The notes: generated from the letters alone by a model not told the origin. Counted from the first letter of the stretch, positions 40,497-51,561 are shown. The stretch: 64,000 nucleotides of DNA from Candidatus Methanomethylicia archaeon (GCA_038845975.1 JAWBQF010000011.1:11590-75589), one strand, 5' to 3'. Numbers and translations are program-made.

Positions 40497-41276
40497 CTAG
40501 TTTTCTACTAATAAGTTCTCCAGTTCTTTACGTATCTTTAATACTTCATTAGAGTTAAGGTCTAAGCTTTCTATAGCGAATTTTCTTCTTCTAACTACTA
40601 TATTTTTACCTGTTACTTTATTTATAGCATTTTTTAGAATTGTTTGTTTAAAGATTACTGTTCCACACCTTTGCCATTTAGGTTTATCATTGATGTTTAC
40701 TCCATTCTTAAACAGTAACTCTATGATTTGGCCTGCTTTTAACCCTATGCATTGCTTTCTACCTATAATGTTTTGAGCATAAGTATTTATGAAGTTTCTA
40801 AAACAGTCTGAAGCTCTCCATTTAAGATATTCAATAATATCCTCTAACCCGTAAACCTTAACTATTCTAGCATCAAAAGCTATGATTCCACTATAGCTTC
40901 TAGCTTTATTAAATATTCTCTGAAATGATGATGTTGTAAACGCTGATAGTAGTGAAACTATTTTTTCAACTCTTCCATTATGTGGTAGATGTACATCCTT
41001 AAGTATTAGATAGGAGATTTCATCAGAATATGTATATGCAAGAGATATGTGGAAGCCTGAATTTTTAATAACGTTAAAAGCTGTTTCAACCATTATATTG
41101 TGTAATTCCTCATCAAATGGTTTTTTGAAACCATACTCATCGGTTAACTTATGGAATCCATTTCCATCAACTCTTATAAAGATAGGTGCTCTAACACTTA
41201 GCCTACTATAAACCTCCCTTAACCTAAATTTTTCATCAACTAATAATGGCAAGCTCTCCAATAGCCTCTCCGGCAA
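40497..41276 (-). CDS. tRNA(His) guanylyltransferase Thg1-like protein (3'-5' polymerase)
   Basis: RVDGNGFHKLT, KPFD, YSDEIS, AFDAR, WRASDC, PKWQRCG. Confidence 0.88.
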   Translation of the reverse strand: MPERLLESLPLLVDEKFRLREVYSRLSVRAPIFIRVDGNGFHKLTDEYGFKKPFDEELHNIMVETAFNVIKNSGFHISLAYTYSDEISYLILKDVHLPHNGRVEKIVSLLSAFTTSSFQRIFNKARSYSGIIAFDARIVKVYGLEDIIEYLKWRASDCFRNFINTYAQNIIGRKQCIGLKAGQIIELLFKNGVNINDKPKWQRCGTVIFKQTILKNAINKVTGKNIVVRRRKFAIESLDLNSNEVLKIRKELENLLVEN

Positions 41277-41289
41277 ATACTTGAATATA

Positions 41290-41911
41290 TTTTGAGGCTT
41301 TATCTAATACCTCAACAATAAGTTTCATAAGTATTTTTAGAATGTTGCGGGATACTATTAGAATGTTTCTTGTACTTTCAGTAGCCATGGTATTTACAGA
41401 ACCTCTAAACGAATATGCATGAATTATCTTTACGTTATCAGTTAAAATTATTGATTACTTGCCAGTACTTCACTTTTATCACCTATAGGTCTAAATACCT
41501 CACCATTACGTGCAAATCTAAGATTTAAATTCTTCTCAATCTTATCATAATCATAGAAGCCTATAGGTATTAGACTTTCAATACTAGCTAAATTACAAAC
41601 ATCAACAATATTATTTATCAATGGGAAATTCAATCCACTAACAACTTTTCTAAGCAATGTTTCGCTTGCAGGTTTCTGCTCTGTTGAATCAATTCTAAGC
41701 TTCCAATAGAAATCTCTATAAGCTCTCATAATACCCCCTATTCCTTAATACTACTTATAGTGTTTCTTAACTTATTTACAATTTCCATTAAAATATATAA
41801 TGTATGGTTTGATGTCCCCTCAACCTTAACATTTTCAATAATTAATGCAACCAATTTTAAATCTGGAAATCGAGTCTTAACTTTAGAGCTTATAGATATC
41901 TTAATAATCAT
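41290..41911 (-). pseudogene. Stand-alone B3/B4 (PheRS editing-like) domain, disrupted
   Basis: ATG at 41911 reads to a TAG, then a frameshift into RAYRDFYWKL...PASETLLRK...INNIVDVCNLASIES, then a second break. Confidence 0.75.
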
Positions 41912-41933
41912 AGCTATTAAATATCTGCCTACA

Positions 41934-42155
41934 TTATAGGTCTAGAAGAGCGTCTCGTCCTCTATGTGTAATACTGTACTTTTTATCTGATTCAATAACA
42001 TAATTAAGTCTTTTTAAGGCTCTAAGTTTTCCAGCAATTTTTCTGCCATCAATACCTAGTTTTCTAGCAATTTCAATACATGTTAATGGCTTATCTGAGC
42101 TTGAAAGAGTTCTAAGTATATATTTCTCCAGGTCTGAAAGTCTTAGAATATACAT
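41934..42155 (-). CDS. Small winged-helix protein
   Basis: PLTCIEIARKLGIDGRKIAGKLRALKRLNYV...YSITHRG. Confidence 0.75.
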   Translation of the reverse strand: MYILRLSDLEKYILRTLSSSDKPLTCIEIARKLGIDGRKIAGKLRALKRLNYVIESDKKYSITHRGRDALLDL

Positions 42156-42163
42156 ATATCCAC

Positions 42164-42502
42164 CTAGTAAACTCTTGAACCTGGAGGTGCATTTCCCTCA
42201 ATAGTTACAAAGTATAGTTTACCATTTATGTCCTCAGCCATTAGTATCATACCCCTACTTTCTAATCCAAACATTTTTTTAGGTACTAGATTTGTTACGA
42301 CAACAACTCTCTTACCAATTAGTTGATCAGTGTTTGGAAATTGGTCTGCAATACCTGTAATGATTTGTCTTACTTCACTACCAATATCAATCATCATTTT
42401 TATAAGCTTCCTGGAACCTGGAACTCTTTCAGCTGATTTAATAACTCCAACACGTAGGTTTACTCTTAAAAAATCATCATAGGTCACTTCACTTCCAGAC
42501 AT
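42164..42502 (-). CDS. tRNA-binding OB-fold protein (Trbp111/CsaA/MetRS C-terminal-like)
   Basis: DDFLRVNLRVG, RQIITGIA, NLVPKKMFGLESRGMIL. Start taken at ATG 42502. Confidence 0.88.
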   Translation of the reverse strand: MSGSEVTYDDFLRVNLRVGVIKSAERVPGSRKLIKMMIDIGSEVRQIITGIADQFPNTDQLIGKRVVVVTNLVPKKMFGLESRGMILMAEDINGKLYFVTIEGNAPPGSRVY

Positions 42503-42576
42503 AACACAATATTTTATAAGGATACATATATATTTTAACACTAACCAATCTTAAATTATATTGGGGCTGATACTTC

Positions 42577-43434
42577 ATGCTCTACGATTTGGGATTTGCT
42601 GATGCTCACAGTCATGTTAACCCAATCTATGGGCTTGGACCTGAGAAAATAGCTAGACGATTTAAAGATAGTGGTGGCTGGTTTATAGCATTAATATCTC
42701 TGCCTCCGTGGAGCTATGGCTTAGAACCTAGTGGAATAGAGGCTTATGATGAATCCTTCAGGCTAGTTATTAATGCTGGAAATAAATATAAGCAGTTAGG
42801 GCTAAAAGTAGCTATTCATCTTGGCTATCATCCCTCAGAAGTTGATTACCTGGTTAAGTATGGTTTAAAGCCATATGATATTAAAAATTTAGGATTTAGA
42901 ATCATTGATTTAATAGCTAATTACGTTAGAGAAGGGTATGTGCATGGCTTAGGAGAATTTGGACGTCAACACTACTCTACAAATCCTGAAAACATAAGGA
43001 TAGCTGAAGATATAACTAAATATGCTATTCAGAAAGCAAGAGATTTAAACGTATCAATTCATCTTCATTTAGACCAAAGCTTCAATGCTTTAGATTTTGT
43101 ATTTAGAATTGCTAGGGAGGCAGGTATGGATTTAAGTAAGGTTGTCATACATCATCTTAATCCAGAACTAGCTAGAAACGCTGAAAATTTAGGATTAAGC
43201 TATACTGTTGTAGGTAAAGTGGAAACTTTAAAAATGATTATTAATAATAGCTTTAAATATCTTGTTGAAAGCGATTATCTAGATGATCCTAAAAGACCTG
43301 GAGCTGTTATTCCACCATGGACTATACCTAAAACATGGAGAAAACTATTAGCTGAAGGTTTATGTGATGTCAGCTACGTTCAAACTATAAATGTAGATAA
43401 CGTAGTAGCACTATATAAGTCCCAGCTTTTTTAA
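42577..43434 (+). CDS. TatD-related metal-dependent hydrolase
   Basis: DAHSH, GEFGRQHY, HLH, VIHH, ESDYLDDPKRPGAV. Confidence 0.85.
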   Translation: MLYDLGFADAHSHVNPIYGLGPEKIARRFKDSGGWFIALISLPPWSYGLEPSGIEAYDESFRLVINAGNKYKQLGLKVAIHLGYHPSEVDYLVKYGLKPYDIKNLGFRIIDLIANYVREGYVHGLGEFGRQHYSTNPENIRIAEDITKYAIQKARDLNVSIHLHLDQSFNALDFVFRIAREAGMDLSKVVIHHLNPELARNAENLGLSYTVVGKVETLKMIINNSFKYLVESDYLDDPKRPGAVIPPWTIPKTWRKLLAEGLCDVSYVQTINVDNVVALYKSQLF

Positions 43435-43439
43435 GTTAT

Positions 43440-44308
43440 GTATGTTCCATATGTTCCTAAATGTAATGCTTAAACTGTTACTGAATACCGTATTACTCAG
43501 ATACCTCGTTTATGTGGTTTCCATACTCTTCTGAATTGTGGCTATGCTACTAGGTTTGTTAATATTATCGGTGTTGTTTATCCTTACTGCTATTCATGCA
43601 ATATTATTAGGTTAGTATAGAGGCATTATCGTAGATATCACTATAAACCTCGCCTTAAAACTTAATGGTAAGATTAGGCAATATTTGCATATTCTAAGAA
43701 TTGATTTATTTAATGCATCCTTTAGAATATTACATATCCAAATATTTAAAGCTTCTAAAAATAGAGAATTGAAGGTAGGTAAGGTAGAGGATAAGTTGAG
43801 GATAAGATACCTACCATATTTTCAGAATCGAAAGATTATGTACTGCAAATGTAGTAGGAAATTATGAAGAAGCTATTTAAGGAAGTGTTAAACAAACTTA
43901 AACATATATACTGATGGGTTACCACCATATATTTAGTTGAAAATAGGATTCAACACCTACAGTAAATTATTTGAAAGCACTAAGAGATGAGCTATGCAAC
44001 AATTATGAGAATAAATTAGCATGTTAAGACCATATCAATACATAAAGAATATTGAAAAACAACATAAACATACTTAAACCTTTCGAATTTTGAGAAAACA
44101 AGAAACATATAAATCAATAATAATTAGCCATCAACAAGACTTCTAAGTAAACAATTAGCAACCGAAATTTGTTAGATGAAGAATAAAATGGAGCTTGAAG
44201 ATTTGTTTATAGTGAAAACGAAAGAATATTTAATTATTCAGAGACAGCTATATACTCACATCCTAGATTATATTATAAATGTCTCTGTTCACCATCTAGG
44301 ACAGAGTT
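43440..44308 (+). mobile_element. Degraded IS remnant (Zn-ribbon plus DDE, IS6/IS1-like); limits approximate
   Basis: Cys-rich N-terminal fragments, IYTDGLPPY, and a terminal GGACAGAG. Many stops. Confidence 0.4.
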
Positions 44309-44403
44309 AAGTAGAGGAAATATATTAGCATGTATGTGGTAGTTATGGATGCTCTGCTTGAAATCTATATTTTACCTTTGTATAATGTAGTTGAGGTGAA
44401 ACT

Positions 44404-44817
44404 ATGAATGTATACTTTAGAGAATTAAGTTTCTCAACAAGAAAACGAAGAGAACTTATAGATATTACAAATCAAGTTGAAAAAATTGTAGATGAAAGTA
44501 GTATAAGAAATGGAATATGCTTAGTTTATGCACCGCACGCTACTATTGCTATAGTAGTAAATGAGCGTGAAGCCGGCTTGATGAGTGATATAATGACAAA
44601 GATTGAAAGAGATTTTTCAAGTGGTATTGAATGGCTTCATGATAAAATTGATGATAATGCAGATGCTCACTTAGCTTCAGCGTTCATAGGATCTTCAAGA
44701 ATATTTCCCGTAATTAACGGTAAACTTATAAGAGGTACGTGGCAAAATATATTTGTTCTTGAACTTGACGGTCCAAGATCAATTAGAAAGATTATAGTGG
44801 AAATTATAGGTGAGTAA
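44404..44817 (+). CDS. yjbQ: YjbQ / UPF0047 family protein
   Basis: PHAT.AI..NE, HDKIDDNADAHL, GTWQNIF..ELDGPR. Confidence 0.92.
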   Translation: MNVYFRELSFSTRKRRELIDITNQVEKIVDESSIRNGICLVYAPHATIAIVVNEREAGLMSDIMTKIERDFSSGIEWLHDKIDDNADAHLASAFIGSSRIFPVINGKLIRGTWQNIFVLELDGPRSIRKIIVEIIGE

Positions 44818-44822
44818 TTAAG

Positions 44823-45920
44823 TTAGATCTCAATGAAGTCCTTTGAATATTCAGTAAGTACTTCAGCTCCATTCTTTGTTACTAGAATTGTATCTTCAAT
44901 TCTTACCCCTCCAATATTTTCTATATATATTCCAGGCTCAACAGTTATAGTCATCCCTTCTTTAAGTTCAGTGTTTATGTTTTCTGCTATTCTCAAAGAT
45001 TCATGTACATCTAATCCTATTGAGTGTCCTGTTGAATGTATGAAATATTTACCGTAGCCATAGTCTTCAATGATCTTTCTTGCAGCCCTGTCAACCTCAG
45101 AGCATAATACCCCAGTCGTCACAGTCTCTAGAGCTTTTTCCTGCGCCTCTCTTACAACTTCATATATTTTCCTCAGTTCATTAGTTATACTTCTAGTAGC
45201 TACTGTACGTGTCATATCTGAGTAGTATTCACTATGTTTTGCCACTATATCTACTACTACTACTTCTTTATCCCTTATTACTCTATTGCTAGCTTTCGCA
45301 TGAGGTATAGCTGATCGTGGTCCCGAAGCTACTATTGGCTGTATATCTATAAAACCATTCATACTGTATATCTCATATGCAATACATGCAGCAACATCAA
45401 CTTCTTTAACACCAGGTTTAATTACCTCAATAGCCCTACTTATAGCTTTAGAAACTGTTTTTGAAGCATTTTTAATTTTTTCAACTTCATCTATGCTTTT
45501 TATAAGTCTAAACCACCATATAGCATCGGTAGCGTCTACAGCTTCAATGTTACTGAGAATATTGGATAAGCGAGTATATGTAGCATACGGTATTGAGTAT
45601 CCTTCAATACCTACTCTATTTACACTTCCTCTAATTACTTTACCTATAGCCTCTATAATATCTCTAGCTAACACCTCCTCCTTATTTTTACTTTGTGCTG
45701 AATATAAATAGATGTTGACATTATCTAAGAGTTTAGCTCTTGGATACTCTAAAGTATGTGTTACTACATGGATTTCTCCATCATTATAAAATATAACTGC
45801 AGAATAGTCTAGAGAACTTCCTAGAAAGTATGCTATATTGGCTTGATTGAGTAGTATTAGTGCATCAAGCTCATACATTCTTAAGCTTTCAATGGCCTTA
45901 CTTAATCTATTCATATACAT
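44823..45920 (-). CDS. Xaa-Pro aminopeptidase/dipeptidase (M24)
   Basis: SAIPH, SDMTRT, HSTGHSIGLDVHE, TVEPGIY, GVRIED. Confidence 0.93.
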   Translation of the reverse strand: MYMNRLSKAIESLRMYELDALILLNQANIAYFLGSSLDYSAVIFYNDGEIHVVTHTLEYPRAKLLDNVNIYLYSAQSKNKEEVLARDIIEAIGKVIRGSVNRVGIEGYSIPYATYTRLSNILSNIEAVDATDAIWWFRLIKSIDEVEKIKNASKTVSKAISRAIEVIKPGVKEVDVAACIAYEIYSMNGFIDIQPIVASGPRSAIPHAKASNRVIRDKEVVVVDIVAKHSEYYSDMTRTVATRSITNELRKIYEVVREAQEKALETVTTGVLCSEVDRAARKIIEDYGYGKYFIHSTGHSIGLDVHESLRIAENINTELKEGMTITVEPGIYIENIGGVRIEDTILVTKNGAEVLTEYSKDFIEI

Positions 45921-46402
45921 TGAAACTCCACCAGTAAAGTTTAACTTATTCAGTTAACTATGATTTACTCTAAACTATTTAATCCTTATATATTGTTCTT
46001 GTAAGCTTAACTATGATAAGCAGATATTATATTGATATGAAGGTCTACAAATGCTAGAGAACCATTGTAAAAGATTTTATACAATTAAATAAGTATGAAA
46101 GATCAATAGAATATTCCTATATTATAATTGTGCCTCCACTAATTTAAAGTCTGAATTTACCTCTTAATCAATTACTCATACTGAAAAATTGTGTTAATAA
46201 TTAGAGAATGTATTAATACTAAGACTAAAAGTACTCTTAAAGCATAGATTAAACATTAAATGAATCACAATAGCTTATACGATGTAAAGCTTAAAGCTAA
46301 GAATATATTAGCAAAATATCTAGAGGTTTATTTATGACCAAAAATATAACTTGATGGAAACTAGGTCATTATAATAAGATTTTAAAGCATGTGTTTATAT
46401 TT

Positions 46403-47217
46403 GAACTCATTGCAAAACCCTCAAGTATATTATTATGCATGCTACTTTTATGAATTCTAGGAATGTTGATGCTAGCCTTTCATATATTATGGTTATCCTC
46501 CTGAATGATGTTATCCATGAGAAGAACCTTTCAACAGCACTCCTCATGCTCTTATATGACTTCCTATCAAATCTGTATGGTCCTCCACGTTTAGGCTTAC
46601 TCCTTGGTTAACATTTATGTTCGCCTTTATTCCTCTATTCTTAAGGTATTCTCTAATCTCTTAATATTATATGCTGAGTCTCCGTAACCTCTTTAAGTCT
46701 ACTCCTAGCCCTACCATGCTTAACCCTTACATCCTCAAGGAGCTTTACGAAGCGTTTGAGTCATGCTCATTACCTGGCCCAACCTGAAGGCTTAAGGGTA
46801 GGGATTCAGGCGATACAAAGCATGAATCTTCCTACTTAATATGCTTATATCCATCAAGCCTACAAGCTCCTCCTCCCTAGCCTTTATAGTTGTGCTATCA
46901 ACGCAACTTTATCAAGGCTTACCTATAGAGTAACCCTTAGATATCAGGGCGTTAAGTATTCTCTCCAAACACCTAGCTCCAACTCTTAAGCCTCCTAAAG
47001 GCTGTTGAGTAATGTTCATACCTAGAGGTACATCCATCTACAGCCAGTAACAAGCACATATAAAATACCGTTCAAACTATCATCAATCCTAGGCCTACCA
47101 ACCCTAGCCCTAGGAGGAAGCAAAGACCTAATAAGCCCCTACTCACAATCACTAAGCTCACGAAACTCCATACATAAAACTAAGAAGGTAAAATTTAAAT
47201 AATTTTGCAATGAGTTC
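46403..47217 (-). mobile_element. IS5-family (IS427-group) element, degenerate
   Basis: Perfect 15-bp TIRs GAACTCATTGCAAAA and TTTTGCAATGAGTTC. From ATG 47171: MEFRELSDCE*GLIRSLLPPRARVGRPRIDD..NGILYVLVTGCRWM. Confidence 0.85.
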
Positions 47218-47229
47218 TTTATTAATATT

Positions 47230-47973
47230 ATGTTTTCTAAATATGTTGCTATAGTTAAAAATATTAGAGGTATTATCCTTCTTGATCCTTACACAGATTC
47301 ATCTAGGATTATAGAATGGCTTAGTGAAAGGTTTAAGTATAGGAATATCGGTGTTTCTAAACTACCTATAAGTAAAAATCCTGAGTTATTCAGTAAATGG
47401 CTTAATGGGAGACCATTTATTGAGATCTATCATCCCATACAGGAAACGTTTTCTCTTGTTGGTTTCTTAGAGGATATTCTCGGCTTCGAGAATTATGTAT
47501 GTGACTCTATAGTTCTCTCATCAGTTTATGTAAGCCCACTACTAGTAACTGATGTTAAGCTTTTTAACAGAATTTTAAAGATATCTATTGATCACATTGA
47601 GTTAAAGGTTAAGCTTAAAGTTAAGGATTGGAAACTACATTTAAGAATTGCAGCCTATACTATCCTAGGTATGTATAGGCAATGTATTGAAGACGCTAAG
47701 GAGTTATGGAATTTAAATGTTGATTTATTTAAATTTATTAAGAATCATTCCGAGATCGTAGGGAGAGATAAGAAGAGGTATTGGAGACTAAGTAGAGGTG
47801 AATTGCCTATTGGAGTTTTCTTAGCATATCTTGATATTGCAGGTTTAATTGTTAAAAAACAAATTGAAAAATCACCTGTATTGGGGGTTTTGAGAAAGTT
47901 TCCTATTGATGTTGTAGCAGGTCTATCTATAGTTTCAGTTATTAATTTATCGTTAAGTAGTATTTATGACTAG
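47230..47973 (+). CDS. Hypothetical protein, overlapping the radical SAM gene
   Basis: 247-aa ORF whose stop overlaps the next start by 8 nt. Confidence 0.75.
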   Translation: MFSKYVAIVKNIRGIILLDPYTDSSRIIEWLSERFKYRNIGVSKLPISKNPELFSKWLNGRPFIEIYHPIQETFSLVGFLEDILGFENYVCDSIVLSSVYVSPLLVTDVKLFNRILKISIDHIELKVKLKVKDWKLHLRIAAYTILGMYRQCIEDAKELWNLNVDLFKFIKNHSEIVGRDKKRYWRLSRGELPIGVFLAYLDIAGLIVKKQIEKSPVLGVLRKFPIDVVAGLSIVSVINLSLSSIYD

Positions 47974-49183
47974 AACTGTTAATGTTAGGTTTGGTAATAC
48001 TGTTAAATGCTATGAGGTTATTGAGAATCCAATTCCTCACATAGTTGTTCCAACTACTAAAGAAGTTGTGCATGGATGGTTTTATGGATATGGAGATCGT
48101 GGAAGAAGAGAATGCTGCTCTGAAAGAATACTTTTAAATCCGTACAATGGCTGCTCAGTATCTTGTATTTTCTGCTATTCTCGCGGCTTTAAGGGATATT
48201 TTAGGCTTTGGAATGAAGAAAATATTATAACAGTATTTAAAGGCTTTGATGTTAAGCTTAAAGAGGAACTTAGCAAGCTATATGTTGCTTCATGCGGCTA
48301 TCTAAGCCCATCAACAGATCCTTTCCAATCTCCCCTTGAAGAAATGTATAATCTCAGTGTTAAAGCAGCTAATGTAATGCTTGATTTAGGATTACCTATA
48401 GAGTTTATAACGAAGAAGGGCGATAAGGTTCCATTAAGTCTCCTACATAGAATGGCTGAACATCGCTTCAGTCATTGCTTTACCCAATATACTATCATTG
48501 GGATTGATAAAAATATTGTTCAAATATTTTCACCAGGTTCCTCTTCTACAGAGGATCAATTTAAATCTGTATGTCGATCAGCTGACTATGGATTGTTTAC
48601 CATAGTGAGGGTTGACCCTTTACTACCAGGTATAACTGATGATTCTGAAACAATCGAATATATTGTTTCAAGAGGCAAGCATGAAGGTGCATCCCACTTT
48701 ATATTTAGCTTATGTGATCTTTCATCAGGCTGGAGGAATAAAACACTTAGAGCCGTTAAGGAGTATTTCCCTGAAGCATATCCATTATGGCTGAAGATAT
48801 ATAGTAAAGGTTATCTAGGCGGTCTAAATTATCGCCTTAAAGTCTTTAAGACAGCTCGTGAAATATGTGACAAATATAGGGTTACTATGGCTTTATGTAT
48901 GGAGTTTAAAATATTAAAAGATAAAGGTAGATTAAGGTATGTAGGGTTAAATGAAGAATTTATGACTTCTAGAAATTGTGAAGGTGTAGATATACCAATA
49001 TACTATAGAAGATCTTTAAGGGATGAGTTTAAGCCATTGGAAGGCTGTAACGGTAACTGTCTTTTTTGTGCTAAAGGTTCTCAACAGCCTGTATGTGGTG
49101 AATATAAGCTTATGCGTGCTGATGCATTAAAACTTAAGGATTACATTAGGTTTAAGCCATCAATATTAAGGCTTTCTAGTTAA
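47966..49183 (+). CDS. Radical SAM protein, spore-photoproduct-lyase-like family
   Basis: NPYNGCSVSCIFCY, STDPFQ, ITK, RVDPLLPGITD, plus an extra C-terminal Cys cluster. Confidence 0.85.
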   Translation: MTRTVNVRFGNTVKCYEVIENPIPHIVVPTTKEVVHGWFYGYGDRGRRECCSERILLNPYNGCSVSCIFCYSRGFKGYFRLWNEENIITVFKGFDVKLKEELSKLYVASCGYLSPSTDPFQSPLEEMYNLSVKAANVMLDLGLPIEFITKKGDKVPLSLLHRMAEHRFSHCFTQYTIIGIDKNIVQIFSPGSSSTEDQFKSVCRSADYGLFTIVRVDPLLPGITDDSETIEYIVSRGKHEGASHFIFSLCDLSSGWRNKTLRAVKEYFPEAYPLWLKIYSKGYLGGLNYRLKVFKTAREICDKYRVTMALCMEFKILKDKGRLRYVGLNEEFMTSRNCEGVDIPIYYRRSLRDEFKPLEGCNGNCLFCAKGSQQPVCGEYKLMRADALKLKDYIRFKPSILRLSS

Positions 49184-49311
49184 TCTCCTAATTTCCTAAT
49201 TTTTGTGGATCCACAATATGGGCATTTTTCACTACTATCTTTAAGGCTAAAGTATCCTCCTCTTCCAATTTTATTACAATCCACACAAACATATCTGCCT
49301 AGCCTACCCAT
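49180..49311 (-). CDS. 43-aa zinc-ribbon microprotein (not in ORF track)
   Basis: MGRLGRYVCVDCNKIGRGGYFSLKDSSEKCPYCGSTKIRKLGD*, with CxxC and CPxCG. Confidence 0.7.
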   Translation of the reverse strand: MGRLGRYVCVDCNKIGRGGYFSLKDSSEKCPYCGSTKIRKLGD

Positions 49312-49914
49312 ATGCTTTCATATTTTATCTGAATTTAAGCTTTTATCTTGAATATTCATTGGAAATCTAAGCTTAGCTGCAGCTCCTCAGTCTCTCTACA
49401 TGCTTTCCTTTGAAATCCATATATGTTCCACTATACTCTCTCTCAATCTAAGTTCTTGTTTTTTCATTAGTTTAAGAACATCGTTAAGAATCGAACATCT
49501 AATTTTAATATCTCTAGGTTTTCATGATAACTAATAAATTTACTAAGTTTAACTCTTAGTCTTCTATTAAAACCATAGTAGATAGAAATTGTCCTGTAGG
49601 TTTAAATATTATATTCAGCATTTTATACTCTATATCTAAATGTATAATTTTAGCATTAAGTATTCTTAATAGTATGCATACCTCAGTATCATTAAGAGGT
49701 GTAGATTCATCTATTGTTTGAATGCTAATATCTAAATTTGTTTTATTTCTTCCTCAATTAGCCTGATCATACAGATCACCGGCTCAGTTAAACCCCACCT
49801 GTTTACTCATTAAATCCTCATAAATCGAGGGCTTCCTCATTGCCTCCTAAGGAAGTATTGTAATCAAATATTTAAATTTATTAGATCTGGTAATTATACG
49901 TCTTTTTTAGCTAG

Positions 49915-50620
49915 AGATTAGGAGTTATTGTTACTTGTAGTGTTTGTTTATTGGTAGTGACTTAGTTGGTTATCTTGCTTCCCTAGGATTGAACGTTAAG
50001 GTTTTAGTGATTATTTCCGTAGGTAGTATTAAAAACCTTAAAACAATCAATTGATAAAGCTGAGTTTATTAAGGGTGATGTAGCTAATCTAGATGATTGG
50101 TTGATGCTTTTCATCCTGCTGCTAACTCTGAATTTAGAATTGACGACCCAAATACTCATTCTAAGCGGAATAATCTAGAACATATAATATACTTGAAGCT
50201 ATAAAGATTAGCGATATTAAACATTTCATATTTAAATCTTCTTTAATAGTCTACAGCAATGATGAAAGCTTAATATCTACATAATAGTCATATATTGAGT
50301 TAACCTGTCATATATCGATCAGCAAATATTGTTAGTCCAATATCAAAACATGAAGTAATGTAGACCTCATAGATTAAGTTTAGAAAATAGCTGTAAGCTT
50401 GAATCCTTAGAGGTGATGCAGAGCCAAAATCTTAATGGTTTAAATGATGTTGAAGGCTTTTGAGGAAATGAATTGGAAGATACTACATTTAGATGTATTG
50501 GTAGTGTTAATGATATCAGAGGATGGATTAGTAAGTGTGAAATACATGCTTCCTAATGCTTTAAAGCTTAGAACTAAGGACCGGCAAATATTTAAGTATT
50601 GAAGCTATAAGAGCATTAAT
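49915..50620 (+). pseudogene. NAD-dependent epimerase/dehydratase (GalE-like) pseudogene
   Basis: Fragments VIVT..FIGSDLV, AEFIKGDV, FHPAAN, YNILEAIK, FIFKSSLIVY, with frameshifts. Confidence 0.65.
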
Positions 50621-50661
50621 TAAACAGTAGAGTATTTAAGATTGTATGCTAGTAAGTAAAA

Positions 50662-51561
50662 ATGTATGATTTCCTAGTTGTAGGACATTTAGCTATTGAT
50701 GAGGTCCATGTAGATAATAGAATTAGATTCGGTATTGGAGGTTCATCCTACTACTGTGGCTTTAATTTATCGCTTTTAGGTTGGAGGGTACGTATAATTT
50801 CAAAGATCGGATTTGATTTTAATCCATACTTAGATAGAATGAAAAGCTTAGATATATCACTAGTAAAAATATCCTCCAAGCCTACTACTCGTTACCAAAT
50901 AGTATATAATTCTAACTATGAAAGAACTCTTAAGCTTCTCTCAAAATGTGAGGATATTTCAGAATCCGACATACCTAGCAATTTAGAAGTAAAAGCTATT
51001 CATATTTGTCCAATAGCAAATGAAATCAACATAAATGCTATATTTAAACTTAAAGAATTTAATGGAGTGTTATCAATTGATACGCAAGGTCTATTAAGAG
51101 CTTTTAGAAATGATGGTAGGGTATATTTAAGGAAACCTAGAAACATTTTTAATATAGTTAGAGATATAGATATTTTGAAAGCTGATCAGTTTGAAATTAA
51201 AGTTATTCTTAATAGCTTAAAAGATATAAGTAGACTGTTTGATATTGGTGTTAAAATTGTAGTTGTAACTAGCGGGTCTAGCGGAGTAACAATATATACT
51301 TGTGAAGAGGTCATTAATGTACCTGCTCCTAGAATTTATGAAGTTAAAGACCCAACAGGTGCTGGTGATGTTTTTATGGCTGGTTTTCTTCACGGATACT
51401 TGAAGGGAATGAATATTGTTGAATCAGCACTTTACGGTATTGCGTCCGCCTCAAGTATTATTAGAAAATTTGAGAATAGATTTATTGATTCGAATGACGT
51501 TGATAAATTATTTTGTATTTTAAGGAGGAGTTTAAAGGTAACACGTAGCCAATCATTATGA
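50662..51561 (+). CDS. PfkB-family carbohydrate kinase
   Basis: GGSSYY, DPTGAGDVFMAGF. Confidence 0.9.
   Translation: MYDFLVVGHLAIDEVHVDNRIRFGIGGSSYYCGFNLSLLGWRVRIISKIGFDFNPYLDRMKSLDISLVKISSKPTTRYQIVYNSNYERTLKLLSKCEDISESDIPSNLEVKAIHICPIANEININAIFKLKEFNGVLSIDTQGLLRAFRNDGRVYLRKPRNIFNIVRDIDILKADQFEIKVILNSLKDISRLFDIGVKIVVVTSGSSGVTIYTCEEVINVPAPRIYEVKDPTGAGDVFMAGFLHGYLKGMNIVESALYGIASASSIIRKFENRFIDSNDVDKLFCILRRSLKVTRSQSL

Noticed and set aside
41729-41745. TAG in the B3/B4 gene as a recoding site
   Set aside because: Readthrough meets TGA shortly after and a second break follows, so it is a pseudogene.
49330-49860. Possible decayed gene on the minus strand
   Set aside because: The fragments look coding but I could not assign a family.
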